Shown here piece after piece: positions 27,094 to 36,707 of a DNA stretch of 64,000 nucleotides (position 1 is its first letter; each line of letters starts with the position of its first letter). The DNA comes from Promethearchaeota archaeon (GTDB taxonomy: Archaea; Asgardarchaeota; Heimdallarchaeia; Hodarchaeales; Hodarchaeaceae), in the NCBI GenBank assembly GCA_048938105.1, contig JBHLMN010000004.1:256001-320000 (forward strand), read 5' to 3'. The position numbers were made by a program, and so were the translations under genes. The notes beneath the pieces are model-generated. The model ran no database searches, was not told where the DNA came from, and saw only the letters and a program-made list of their open reading frames with translations.

Positions 27094-30000
27094 TCATTTT
27101 TTATAGGGTCTTCGTTTCAGAAGAATTCCACCAATAAATACTATTATTATCAGTGGAAATTCGAAACCTGGCCCTGGCGAGGGAATTGAAGGTGTTTCAG
27201 TTTTAGATGTTTCTTCCTCAGTAGTTGTGGATTCTTCTGTAGTCGTGGGTTCCACTGTGGTGGGTATTTCTGTAGTAGTGGTGGTGGTAGTAGTTGTAGT
27301 GACTGGTGGGCCTTCCAATATGATTGATTCTTCCCAAATAGGGGTCCATATGCATCTTGTGTTACCTTCTGGTGACCAGTTCATTATAAGTCCCAAAATA
27401 CAATCAACGGTTTCTTCGACTTTAAGCAGACATGAAAATGATATTGTTTGCCCAGTGGTAATTTCAAAAAGAGAATTAGGAACTACATAGATATTGGAAA
27501 ACCAAAGATCCTCTCCGATAACCTGCTCGTATCCACTCCATGTATAATTTTCTTTAGCAAGCATACCATCAATAGAGAGGTTGGAGGCACTGACACTGTC
27601 TGTATTGAAATATAGCTCAAAATTTGGACTTGGATGGTGTTTGATGACTGCGTTCAATCCTAAGGCAGCATAGTCATTATCCGCATAATAGAGAATGTGC
27701 GTTTCACTACCTAGCTGAAATAACTTCGGTTTACCATTATTTAGGAAATAGGTTCGATGTCGCCCTGGTGCTTCTGGTGAGCCCTCTTTGATAGAATAGG
27801 CGTGAACTCCACTAATGAGAGCGTCCCATGACCGAGTTTCATTATGGAACCATGAAATATCGAAGATGTCAGATTTATCCCCATCACCGTTTAAGTCAAG
27901 GTCTAACACGCTCTCCTCAAGCTTTCCTTCCCCCTTAACGAGTGATAGTTCGTAATATGTCTTTTCCCAAGAAATTGGTAAGGTACCAGAGATCGCTGGT
28001 GCTCCTGTGTTCTGAATATTAACAATGAATTTGTAAACGTTTTCCGATATTTTCGTTAAGGAATAGTCAAGTAAATTGAATTCTGGTAATTCCACTAATA
28101 ATTCTTGGCCAAAAGGAATCCAGCGAAGTCTGATATTGTTGTCTGGTGACCAGTTCACTACATGTGCCAACTCACAAGGAGTCGTCCTCCAGTTTCCAAT
28201 GAGCTTATAAGTTATTATTACAGATTCTCCTGTACTAATCTCAAATGGATTCTCAGGTATGATTATATATACCTTGGAAGTCCAAGGGGTCCATCCTAAG
28301 TTAGATTCCACTCCTGTCCATTTGTAATTCACTTTCACAGGAAATCCATTAATACGAATATCAGTGGCGCTTACGTCTGTTGAATTGAACCATAAATAAA
28401 AGTTTGGGCTTGGGAACTCTGATATAAAGGCATTACCTAGCCCAAATGCAGCGTAGTCGTTTGTTGCGCAATAAAGTGTGTGTGTTTCACTACCCAATTG
28501 GAAGAGCTTTGGTTCTCCATGGCGATAATAAGTTCGATGACTCCATGGATCTTCTGGTGGTCCCTCACAAAGTGAAGGTGCACGGATGTATCCATTGATC
28601 ATGGCATCCCATGGTCTAGTTTCGGTACGGTACCAGCTTACCTCGAAAGTATCCGTTTTAATTCCGTTACCATCTAGATCGAGGTCTACGACGCTCTCTT
28701 CAAGAGTCCCCTTGCCATCTACCATTGGGATTTCATAATACATTTGTTCCCATGAAATGGGTACAGTCCCAAGAGTAGCTGGAGAACCATTATTTTGAAT
28801 AGTTGTCGTCACCTGAAAAACCCCAGTAGAAACTGGCGTTATAGAGCTGTCGATCAGATTGAATTCAGGCTGGGGATAATCTAGAGGATACATCACTCGT
28901 GGATCTTCAGGGTTCATACCCCAGATCGGAGAGAATTGGTTGTATCCAAGTTCTTGGAATCCCCATGTGGAGTAATTGACCAATTTCCCCCAAGAGGGTA
29001 AAATTTCATTGACCCAATCCTTAATATAAATATTTCGATCAATAAAGTCCCAATCCTCATCTTTAAGGCCTGCAATGGCACTGGCAGCAGTATTAACTAT
29101 TTTATAAGTGACTGTTGTCAGAGTAGGATTAGGAAGCCAATTTCCTCCGCCTAACATAGTTGGATTATGGCCCATCTTTGTTTCGTCGTAATAAGGATTT
29201 ACTTTGATTACAATGGTATCCATGAAATCGTACGAGTCGAACTGATAAGGACCACAACCAATAGGAGAATATTCGGTGTTGGTTTTATCAATATGCCAAT
29301 CTGCAAAGGGTATGACGCTCATTTGAGCTTTTTGTAATAAATCTAAACCAAACAATATGGTTTCTACATCTGGATGAAACTGAGGTAAGGTAAATCTCAC
29401 ACTGTAGGTTCCCGTTTTGACAATATTACTAGCATCACCAAGAATTTCTTCTAGTACTCTACAGTAGGGAGATATTGTGTCTGTGTCCATTGCTGCCTGA
29501 TAGGTGAATAGGACATCATCCGCAGTGACCTCGGTACCATCACTCCATTTAACTCCTTGCCTAAGTATGACATCCCACGTTAAATAATTAGGACTGTGAG
29601 TCCATGATTCAGCCAACCATGGCACTGTATGCGTAATATTATATGCTCCTCTTCGTCTGGAAAGACTACAGAAGATATTATCGAGAACGTAAAAATCGGA
29701 ACCTACATCTGATATCACTGGATTAAAATTAACATAGTCATATGGTTGTGCAATAACTGCTGATGTTTGAGTCCCTATTGTCCAATTCTGTATATTATAT
29801 CCAAGGAGGGGGTCAACTCCTTCTAAAAGTGGATCCATGGCCCACAGGTCTAGTAGTTGAATTATGGTAGACCTTGGAACCTCTTCATGATACCAGTTCT
29901 GGAAGTCCTTGTTAGCCTGAATTCGGTCAGCGATGTCAACTGAACTCCATGCTCTGTCGCTAATATCATCTGCATTCGCATCTACGATCCAATTATAATT

Positions 30001-32478
30001 ATGAGAATCATCGGGTGGCCATTTATCACTAGAATAATATGTGGGAATAACTGCGTCAGGATTGTCTGTCCAGCCAATATAGAAAGCATCCATCCCTCCG
30101 TGATTATAATCGAAACCAATATCAATAGGATCCGTGAAGATTCGATCCGTACCGATACCCCAATCCCATAACTTCAAGGTAACATTGATACCGATCTGCT
30201 GGAAATTCAAAGCAGTTAACCCAGCCCAACGAATTCGATCAGATCGAGAAATAGGTGCAGAAAGAGTCATATCGAAATAAGTATCCTCAGATCCATTAGT
30301 TTCCCAGGTAATATATCGGTAACCAAAAACGTCTTGGAGGAGATCTTTTGCTTGCTCAAGGTCGATCTCTCGTGCCTGAATGCTAGAGTCATACACTCCA
30401 ACATATTTCTCATCAATAGGAGTAGCGGATTTCAATGCGTATCCTCCTGCTACTTTTTCAACGATATATTCACGTGGAATTGCCATATCCATAGCCTGTC
30501 TAACTTTCTTACGGTCATCAGGAGTCAGGTTATCATAATACCATTCCAAATTACTCACAGGTTCTGGCAAAGGGTCAGGATACATCACGCGTGGATCCTC
30601 GGGATTCATTCCCCAGATAGGAGAATACTGGTTGTAAGTCAATTCTTGCCAACCCCATGAAGGTGTTTCCACTATTTTACCCCAAGTGGATGCAGCAATT
30701 GTGGTATAGTGCTGTTCAATCTCCATAAGATGATCAATAACATCATACGCCCCTGTTTTCAAATTATCAAAGGCATCTTTTGGATCTGATACAACTTTGA
30801 TATAAGCAGTTGAGATAGAAGCATTAGGCCACCAAATACCGCCACCAGTCGCACTTGGGTCATGTCCCATCCGCAGATCGTTGTAAGTGTTCGCTTTTCT
30901 AAGCGTAACAGTAGTTCCGTCAAATCCATCAAAGTAATAGGGGCCAAAACCCTGAAGCTGCTCTGTTCCAAGGTTAGTACCATGATCTCTCCAGCTTGAT
31001 GGAGGGATAAGCTTCATTTGTGCTTTTTGTAGGATTGTTAATCCAAATCCTAATGATTCTACGAAGGGATGGAAATCGGGTAATTTAAACCTTACTTGGT
31101 ATGTGGATAATTGTTCGATATTACTTGCTTCCCCAAAGATATCAGTCATAACTGCTCGTAAGTAACTATCCACTCCGATTGTGTCATTAAAGATAGCTTT
31201 ATAGGTGTAAACGACATCCTTAGCAGTCACCTCGGTGCCATCGTGCCATAAAACTCCTTGTTTGAGGGTGACATCCCACGTTAAGTAGTCAGGACTATGG
31301 GTCCATGAATCCGCAAGGAAGCCAACTGGATGAGTAAGATTGTGTTCACCTCTTATCTTAGTGAGTGATCCATGGACATTTTCTGAGACACTAAGATCTC
31401 TATCCCATGAAGCTGGGAGAGAAAAAAGTGGATTGAAACTCGAAAAGTTCAAGGGTTGTACATAGGTTACATCAGTCTGAGCAAGAGTCCAGTTTTGGAA
31501 GTTATGACCATGAAGTCGATCAAAACCAGACAAAGAGGAATCCATGGCATAAACATCTTTACTGTGAAAGACAACAGATTTAGGAACTTCATCATAAAAC
31601 CAGGCCTGAAAGTCCATTAAAGCTTGTATCCTCTCTGCCATGCTTGTTGAATTTATTGCTCTGTCCCAAATGTCATCTACCTCGGTATTATTGATCCAGG
31701 CCGTATTTTCGCCATCAGGAGCAAAATCACCACTGGTGAACAAATCACTGTAGTCTATACCTTTTGTATCGATGTTCATCCCTCCAGTTGAAATAGATGA
31801 ATAACCAACGAAAAAAGCATCATATCCTCCATGTTCATAGTCAAATCCAATACCAGTTGGGTCGTCGAAGATCCGGGGCATAAAGATGTTCCAATTCCAC
31901 CATTTCAAATCTACATCTATTCCAATTTGACCAAATGATCTAGCGATTAATGCAGCCCACTGTGTTCTCGCTAAGTTGCTAATGGGCGCTATAAGTGTCA
32001 TATGAAAATAAGGATCTCTGGTTTCATCATTTGCGTTCGGATTATAACGGTAACCAAAAACTTGTTCAAGAAGATCAAGAGCTTCCCAAGGGGCATAATC
32101 TCGGGCTTGGATACTCGAATCATATGCAGGAGAGTATTGGGAGCCTATTAGCGTGGCTGTTTCTCGCACACCCCAACCTCCTGCTATTCCATTAACGATT
32201 TCATCCCGTGGAATAGCCATATCCATAGCTTGTCTGATTTTTTTACGGTCATCGGGAGATAAATTATCATAATACCATTCTAGTGGTTTCTTATTGATAC
32301 TCTCTGATGCTACAGGAGCTTCAGGGCCTTGGGGGTTCTCAGGAGTTTCGTGAGTTTCAGATGTTTCAGGAATACTAATTCTTTCGTTAGTGAAATCATC
32401 ATTAGTCTTTGTGATATTAAAGGCTAATATACTAGAGAATAAGAATATCATAAGTAAAATTAATGAGTTTATTTTCAT
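27094..32478 (-). CDS. giant surface protein: two circularly permuted family-5 (OppA/DppA-type) solute-binding units, two novel repeat domains, Thr linker and PGF-CTERM-like anchor
   Basis: Signal peptide; RQAMDMAIPR and LA.SWTHSP.YLTWDV.L.QGV.W.DGTEVTA.DV each occur twice; repeat domains contain DLDLDGNG/DLDLNGDG and KLFQLGSETH; ends PGPGFEFPLIIIVFIGGILLKRRPYKK. Confidence 0.92.
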   Translation of the reverse strand: MKINSLILLMIFLFSSILAFNITKTNDDFTNERISIPETSETHETPENPQGPEAPVASESINKKPLEWYYDNLSPDDRKKIRQAMDMAIPRDEIVNGIAGGWGVRETATLIGSQYSPAYDSSIQARDYAPWEALDLLEQVFGYRYNPNANDETRDPYFHMTLIAPISNLARTQWAALIARSFGQIGIDVDLKWWNWNIFMPRIFDDPTGIGFDYEHGGYDAFFVGYSSISTGGMNIDTKGIDYSDLFTSGDFAPDGENTAWINNTEVDDIWDRAINSTSMAERIQALMDFQAWFYDEVPKSVVFHSKDVYAMDSSLSGFDRLHGHNFQNWTLAQTDVTYVQPLNFSSFNPLFSLPASWDRDLSVSENVHGSLTKIRGEHNLTHPVGFLADSWTHSPDYLTWDVTLKQGVLWHDGTEVTAKDVVYTYKAIFNDTIGVDSYLRAVMTDIFGEASNIEQLSTYQVRFKLPDFHPFVESLGFGLTILQKAQMKLIPPSSWRDHGTNLGTEQLQGFGPYYFDGFDGTTVTLRKANTYNDLRMGHDPSATGGGIWWPNASISTAYIKVVSDPKDAFDNLKTGAYDVIDHLMEIEQHYTTIAASTWGKIVETPSWGWQELTYNQYSPIWGMNPEDPRVMYPDPLPEPVSNLEWYYDNLTPDDRKKVRQAMDMAIPREYIVEKVAGGYALKSATPIDEKYVGVYDSSIQAREIDLEQAKDLLQDVFGYRYITWETNGSEDTYFDMTLSAPISRSDRIRWAGLTALNFQQIGINVTLKLWDWGIGTDRIFTDPIDIGFDYNHGGMDAFYIGWTDNPDAVIPTYYSSDKWPPDDSHNYNWIVDANADDISDRAWSSVDIADRIQANKDFQNWYHEEVPRSTIIQLLDLWAMDPLLEGVDPLLGYNIQNWTIGTQTSAVIAQPYDYVNFNPVISDVGSDFYVLDNIFCSLSRRRGAYNITHTVPWLAESWTHSPNYLTWDVILRQGVKWSDGTEVTADDVLFTYQAAMDTDTISPYCRVLEEILGDASNIVKTGTYSVRFTLPQFHPDVETILFGLDLLQKAQMSVIPFADWHIDKTNTEYSPIGCGPYQFDSYDFMDTIVIKVNPYYDETKMGHNPTMLGGGNWLPNPTLTTVTYKIVNTAASAIAGLKDEDWDFIDRNIYIKDWVNEILPSWGKLVNYSTWGFQELGYNQFSPIWGMNPEDPRVMYPLDYPQPEFNLIDSSITPVSTGVFQVTTTIQNNGSPATLGTVPISWEQMYYEIPMVDGKGTLEESVVDLDLDGNGIKTDTFEVSWYRTETRPWDAMINGYIRAPSLCEGPPEDPWSHRTYYRHGEPKLFQLGSETHTLYCATNDYAAFGLGNAFISEFPSPNFYLWFNSTDVSATDIRINGFPVKVNYKWTGVESNLGWTPWTSKVYIIIPENPFEISTGESVIITYKLIGNWRTTPCELAHVVNWSPDNNIRLRWIPFGQELLVELPEFNLLDYSLTKISENVYKFIVNIQNTGAPAISGTLPISWEKTYYELSLVKGEGKLEESVLDLDLNGDGDKSDIFDISWFHNETRSWDALISGVHAYSIKEGSPEAPGRHRTYFLNNGKPKLFQLGSETHILYYADNDYAALGLNAVIKHHPSPNFELYFNTDSVSASNLSIDGMLAKENYTWSGYEQVIGEDLWFSNIYVVPNSLFEITTGQTISFSCLLKVEETVDCILGLIMNWSPEGNTRCIWTPIWEESIILEGPPVTTTTTTTTTTEIPTTVEPTTTEESTTTEEETSKTETPSIPSPGPGFEFPLIIIVFIGGILLKRRPYKK

Positions 32479-32691
32479 TTTTTTCTCATCTGTAATAACT
32501 TATATTCAGTTAAGCTATCATCATATTGTGAATTATTGACATAAAAATTTTTTGATATTGTAAGTTTTATAACATAAAAAAAAGAGAATAATCCGACTAG
32601 TAGTCATTAAAGTTGATTAAAGATATAATACGTTTTTAAATGCGTACTTTTTTCGGATTCAGTTGGAATTAACAATTATTTTATTATTAAA

Positions 32692-32946
32692 GTTGGATAA
32701 TATAGACTCTAATATTACATGGCTTCTCTCCAAGAATCCTCACGATTGCATCCCATGTGAAATTTTCCGAAACAGAGTTCCATCGAGCTCAAAGGTCGAT
32801 GCACTTATGCTGGTGGTCTTAGCAAGATCACTATTCACTTCATATAAGAAATGAGTTTCACTACCAAGTTGGAAAAGTTTTGGTTCACCGTTGAAATAAT
32901 AGGTTCTAAGTGTACCAGGATATTAAGGGAATCCTTGAAAGATAGC
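32692..32946 (-). pseudogene. decayed third copy of the KLFQLGSETH repeat domain
   Basis: AIFQGFP*YPGTLRTYYFNGEPKLFQLGSETHFLY...SISASTFELDG, then a frameshift to ENFTWDAIVRILGEKPCNIRVYII; has an internal stop, a deletion and a frameshift relative to the repeats in 27094-32478. Confidence 0.8.
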
Positions 32947-33199
32947 AAAAAAATTATTATTTCTGATTATTATTTAAAAATTATTAGTTAATTATTATTT
33001 AAAGGAGACAAGAAAGGATCAAAGGGAGTTCAGGTGTGGAGAACTCCTTCAATATTTGGAAAAGAGTTCTAAGCTTAAAAAAGCTTTTTTGAGCAAAATT
33101 TCCATTGATGAACAATTAGAAATATCTTTTAATTGAGAAAAATATGTTAATCACCAAATGCTTTTAGGGTTAATAAGGGATTATTAAAAGGGATTTTGT

Positions 33200-34297
33200 A
33201 TGCAAACAAGGCCAGAAAGACTTGAAAGCTTTGCAATGGAGAATTGGGCGTTATTCATTGAAGGTGCAGAGATCAGATGGAGTTTTGGTAACCCGAGTTT
33301 CGAATTTAGAGAAGTGGTCTCCAACTTTCTGATGGGCTTAGGGAATTTAGGCAAAGAACTATTCGGTGAAGGCATCGCAAGTATAAATTTTGATCTACGC
33401 AAACATAGTGGGATGAAGACTGCTGAGATCTTTATTGTTTCTTTACAAGACCAATTCTTTCTCATTATCTCTGATCCATCTGTGACTTTGCTTTTGATAG
33501 CAGCTTCAGGGGGAATTCCTGAAGATATCAAAGACATTATGACAGCTGTGTTAGTTGGTCAAGCAAGTATTCTATATGCTAATAGTGTCACTGATGCGGA
33601 TCCTGAAACCAAGAGAAGAATAGAACGGGATTTTCAGGATATTATATTGGATATCAACGAAAAATATGGTCAAGATGATATGTTAAACTCGATTGTTGGG
33701 GAATATGGTAGTAACTTCTCCATCCTTTCCTTTGAAGAGTGTTTATTACTACATTATTATTTGAGGAAACAGGCTGAAAAAGCCAGTTATACTGCGCCAA
33801 CTGGTTGGGCAATGATTGCCAATCTTGAAGGTTGGGAAGTCCCCTTATCATATAATTTAACAAAAGAAGGAATTTGGGCTGGATTTTTTGCAGCTATTGT
33901 TGGATTTATTCATTCACTTTTCGAGTCTAAACCTAAGTATATTAGCTTTGGTTCGACCGAGATCCAAAAACTTAGGTTTATTTATGGTAAAAAATACTTT
34001 ATGGCAATAGACACTAGTTTTGTGTCCGATCTTCTCCTTCAGAAAGATTTCCAGAAGGAATTATTTACTACCCCCTATAAAATACTCAAAGATATGTCCA
34101 CTGGCATCAAGAATTTAATAATAGAGGAGATCCTTCAATATAACGAAGATAAATTGACACAATTATCAGTGGAAACACTCCTAGATACATATGTTGGTAC
34201 TGAGGAAACTTTGGAGCTTACTCGTGATGAACGAATGATCAGAGTTTGGGGGAAGCTGCTTCTTAGCTATCAGCAAGATAAGGCGCGAAATGTTTGA
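33200..34297 (+). CDS. tandem longin/roadblock-like domain protein (Asgard type)
   Basis: Two beta-beta-alpha-beta-beta-beta-like segments: WALFI...VVSNFLMGLGNLGKELFGEGIASINF and WAMIANLEG...IWAGFFAAIVGFIHSLFESKPKYISF. Confidence 0.6.
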   Translation: MQTRPERLESFAMENWALFIEGAEIRWSFGNPSFEFREVVSNFLMGLGNLGKELFGEGIASINFDLRKHSGMKTAEIFIVSLQDQFFLIISDPSVTLLLIAASGGIPEDIKDIMTAVLVGQASILYANSVTDADPETKRRIERDFQDIILDINEKYGQDDMLNSIVGEYGSNFSILSFEECLLLHYYLRKQAEKASYTAPTGWAMIANLEGWEVPLSYNLTKEGIWAGFFAAIVGFIHSLFESKPKYISFGSTEIQKLRFIYGKKYFMAIDTSFVSDLLLQKDFQKELFTTPYKILKDMSTGIKNLIIEEILQYNEDKLTQLSVETLLDTYVGTEETLELTRDERMIRVWGKLLLSYQQDKARNV

Positions 34298-34464
34298 ATG
34301 GATTTACATTTGTTTCTGATCTACTTAAAATCTATTATTTCCAGATTTTGACAGCTTATGAGCATATATTAGTTTTTATTCTCGATAATTATAAATATTT
34401 TAATAAAAAAATACGTTTAATTCACCACAGCTCTTAGAATCAGGAACAGTATAACAAGGTACCG

Positions 34465-35256
34465 GTGAGATTTTTGGGTCATGTGAAGGAATTATTTGAT
34501 CTGTCTGGAAAAAAAGCATGTGTTACTGGAGGTGCTTCTGGTATTGGTTTTACGATGGCTGAGGGGTTAACTGAAGCAGGCGCAGCCGTGGTAATTTGTG
34601 GACGTGGACGTCATGGCTCACTTGAGGAAGCCTCTTCCAAGCTCTCAAAAATAGGTCCTGAAGTACTTGCAGAAAAATGTGATGTAAGTATCGAAGAAGA
34701 GGTTTTACACCTTGTACGGAGATTACGTGAAAAAGATTTCGTTGTAGATATCCTTGTTAACAACGCAGGAGTTTCTTGGGGCCATGAGTCGGAAACAATG
34801 CCCTTAGATCGTTGGAATATGGTTATTGAAACCAATCTAACAGGGCTATTTACTGTAACACGAGAGATGGCGAAAGAATTTATGATACCAAGGGCAAGTG
34901 GTTCCATAATTAACATTGCAAGTGTGTCTGGAATGACAGGAGGGGAAATAGGACTTTCTGCTTACTCTGCTTCAAAAGCTGGTGTAATTGGTATAACTAA
35001 ACAATTGGCAATCGAATGGGCTTCCTATGGAATCCGTGTGAACGCTATTGCTCCAAGTTGGTTTCCTTCCTATATGACCCGTCATTTCACGGGAGAAGGT
35101 AGCCCTTATCGTGAATTACTTTTGAAGGATAGTCCTTTTGGAAGATTTGGTAAGCCAGAAGAATTAAAGGGGCCAGTAGTGTTTCTGGCTTCACAAGCAA
35201 GTTCGTATATCACAGGTATTGTAATCCCAGTTGACGGAGGTTACATTTCAAAATGA
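34465..35256 (+). CDS. short-chain dehydrogenase/reductase (gluconate 5-dehydrogenase-like)
   Basis: TGGASGIG, DILVNNAG, IINIAS, YSASK, IRVNAIAP, VDGG. Confidence 0.93.
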   Translation: MRFLGHVKELFDLSGKKACVTGGASGIGFTMAEGLTEAGAAVVICGRGRHGSLEEASSKLSKIGPEVLAEKCDVSIEEEVLHLVRRLREKDFVVDILVNNAGVSWGHESETMPLDRWNMVIETNLTGLFTVTREMAKEFMIPRASGSIINIASVSGMTGGEIGLSAYSASKAGVIGITKQLAIEWASYGIRVNAIAPSWFPSYMTRHFTGEGSPYRELLLKDSPFGRFGKPEELKGPVVFLASQASSYITGIVIPVDGGYISK

Positions 35257-36056
35257 ATTCCATGCATGTTTTAGATTTGTTTAAATTAACTGATAAAATA
35301 GCACTGGTTTCTGGAGGTGCTAAGGGGTTAGGTACTATTATAAATGAAGGATTTTTAGAAGCTGGAGTTAAGACATTGATTTTTTGTGGTCGTGGGAGAC
35401 ATGGTTCAGTAGAAGATGAACAGGAACGATTATCTGAATTATTCACAAACGCAACGATTATTGGGGTCCAATGTGATGTCTCTGATGAATCACAAGTTCA
35501 ATCAATGGTCCAAAAAATAAAACACGATGTAAATAAGATCGATATATTAGTTAACAATGCAGGAGTCACTTGGAACGCTCCAACAATTGACCAGACGTTT
35601 GCAACTTGGCATCGAGTCATTGATACCAATCTTACAGGGTTATTCCTCCTCACTCGTGAGGTTTCAAATGAACTCATGATTCCTAAAGGAGGAGGTACAA
35701 TTATTAACATTAGTAGTGTCTTAGCTTTTCAAGGAGTAGAGGTTGGCAGCCAGATTGGATATTCTGCTTCCAAGGCTGGCGTTTTAGGCTTAACTCGTCA
35801 GCTTGCTGTAGAATGGAGCAAGTGGAACATTCGAGTGAATGCGATTGCTCCATCATTCATAGAAGGAGACACAATGGCCAAAGTATTCACCAATGAGGAT
35901 AGTCCTGTAAGAGAGACTCTCATCGAGACTATCCCCACAAAACGTTTCAATACTCCTACTGATTTAAAAGCAGCTGTTTGTTTTCTTGCGTCAGATGCAT
36001 CATCCAATATTACTGGTCAGTGTCTCGTATTAGACGGAGGTTTATCTGTAAAATAA
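35253..36056 (+). CDS. short-chain dehydrogenase/reductase, tandem paralog
   Basis: SGGAKGLG, DILVNNAG, YSASK, IRVNAIAP, LDGG; ATGA overlap with the upstream SDR. Confidence 0.93.
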   Translation: MNSMHVLDLFKLTDKIALVSGGAKGLGTIINEGFLEAGVKTLIFCGRGRHGSVEDEQERLSELFTNATIIGVQCDVSDESQVQSMVQKIKHDVNKIDILVNNAGVTWNAPTIDQTFATWHRVIDTNLTGLFLLTREVSNELMIPKGGGTIINISSVLAFQGVEVGSQIGYSASKAGVLGLTRQLAVEWSKWNIRVNAIAPSFIEGDTMAKVFTNEDSPVRETLIETIPTKRFNTPTDLKAAVCFLASDASSNITGQCLVLDGGLSVK

Positions 36057-36228
36057 GAAGGCAGGTGATCTAACTTCCCTACTTAATGAATTTTCCATTC
36101 GAAGTGACTGAAGATAGTCGTCTTTTTTCAGAGATATCATAGCCCTTTGGAATGTTTATTCAGATTATAATTGGTCTCACACACAATTAATTTTATAATA
36201 AGGGTATATTCATTGCATTAATTGCTCT

Positions 36229-36579
36229 TTAAGAGAGAATGGGAAAATTGACCTCTATTTTAATTTGATAAATACGATACATTCGAGCCTGAAGAAAGAA
36301 GTCGTGGTTATAATTAGGAGGCACCTCTAAATTTCTGGAAGTAAAATAATCTGTGACAGAATTTAAACCATGTTTTTCAGGATGAAAATATAAATCGACG
36401 ATCTCGTGTGAAACAATACTACCACCCCAAATATCGAAAAGATCCATTAATCCACCAGTAAATTCTGCCATATTTCCCTCCATGTTTGATTCCCAATCAT
36501 AAAAATAATTAATAAGAATTCTTTTAGTTTTCAATCCCTTTTTATCTTTGAGAGGATGCTTAAGGTGGGGAATGTACAT
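36229..36579 (-). CDS. small hypothetical protein or fragment
   Basis: 116-aa ORF; a plausible internal start at MEGNMAEF; no family recognised. Confidence 0.4.
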   Translation of the reverse strand: MYIPHLKHPLKDKKGLKTKRILINYFYDWESNMEGNMAEFTGGLMDLFDIWGGSIVSHEIVDLYFHPEKHGLNSVTDYFTSRNLEVPPNYNHDFFLQARMYRIYQIKIEVNFPILS

Positions 36580-36707
36580 ACTTATTGACCTCTTATATAA
36601 TGTATTAACAATTTAAAAGAACCTGAACTCGTATAAAAAATTTTCCATTGAAAAGATAATAGACATTTATAAAACGAAAGAAAATATGATGATTTTTCTT
36701 AGAACAT

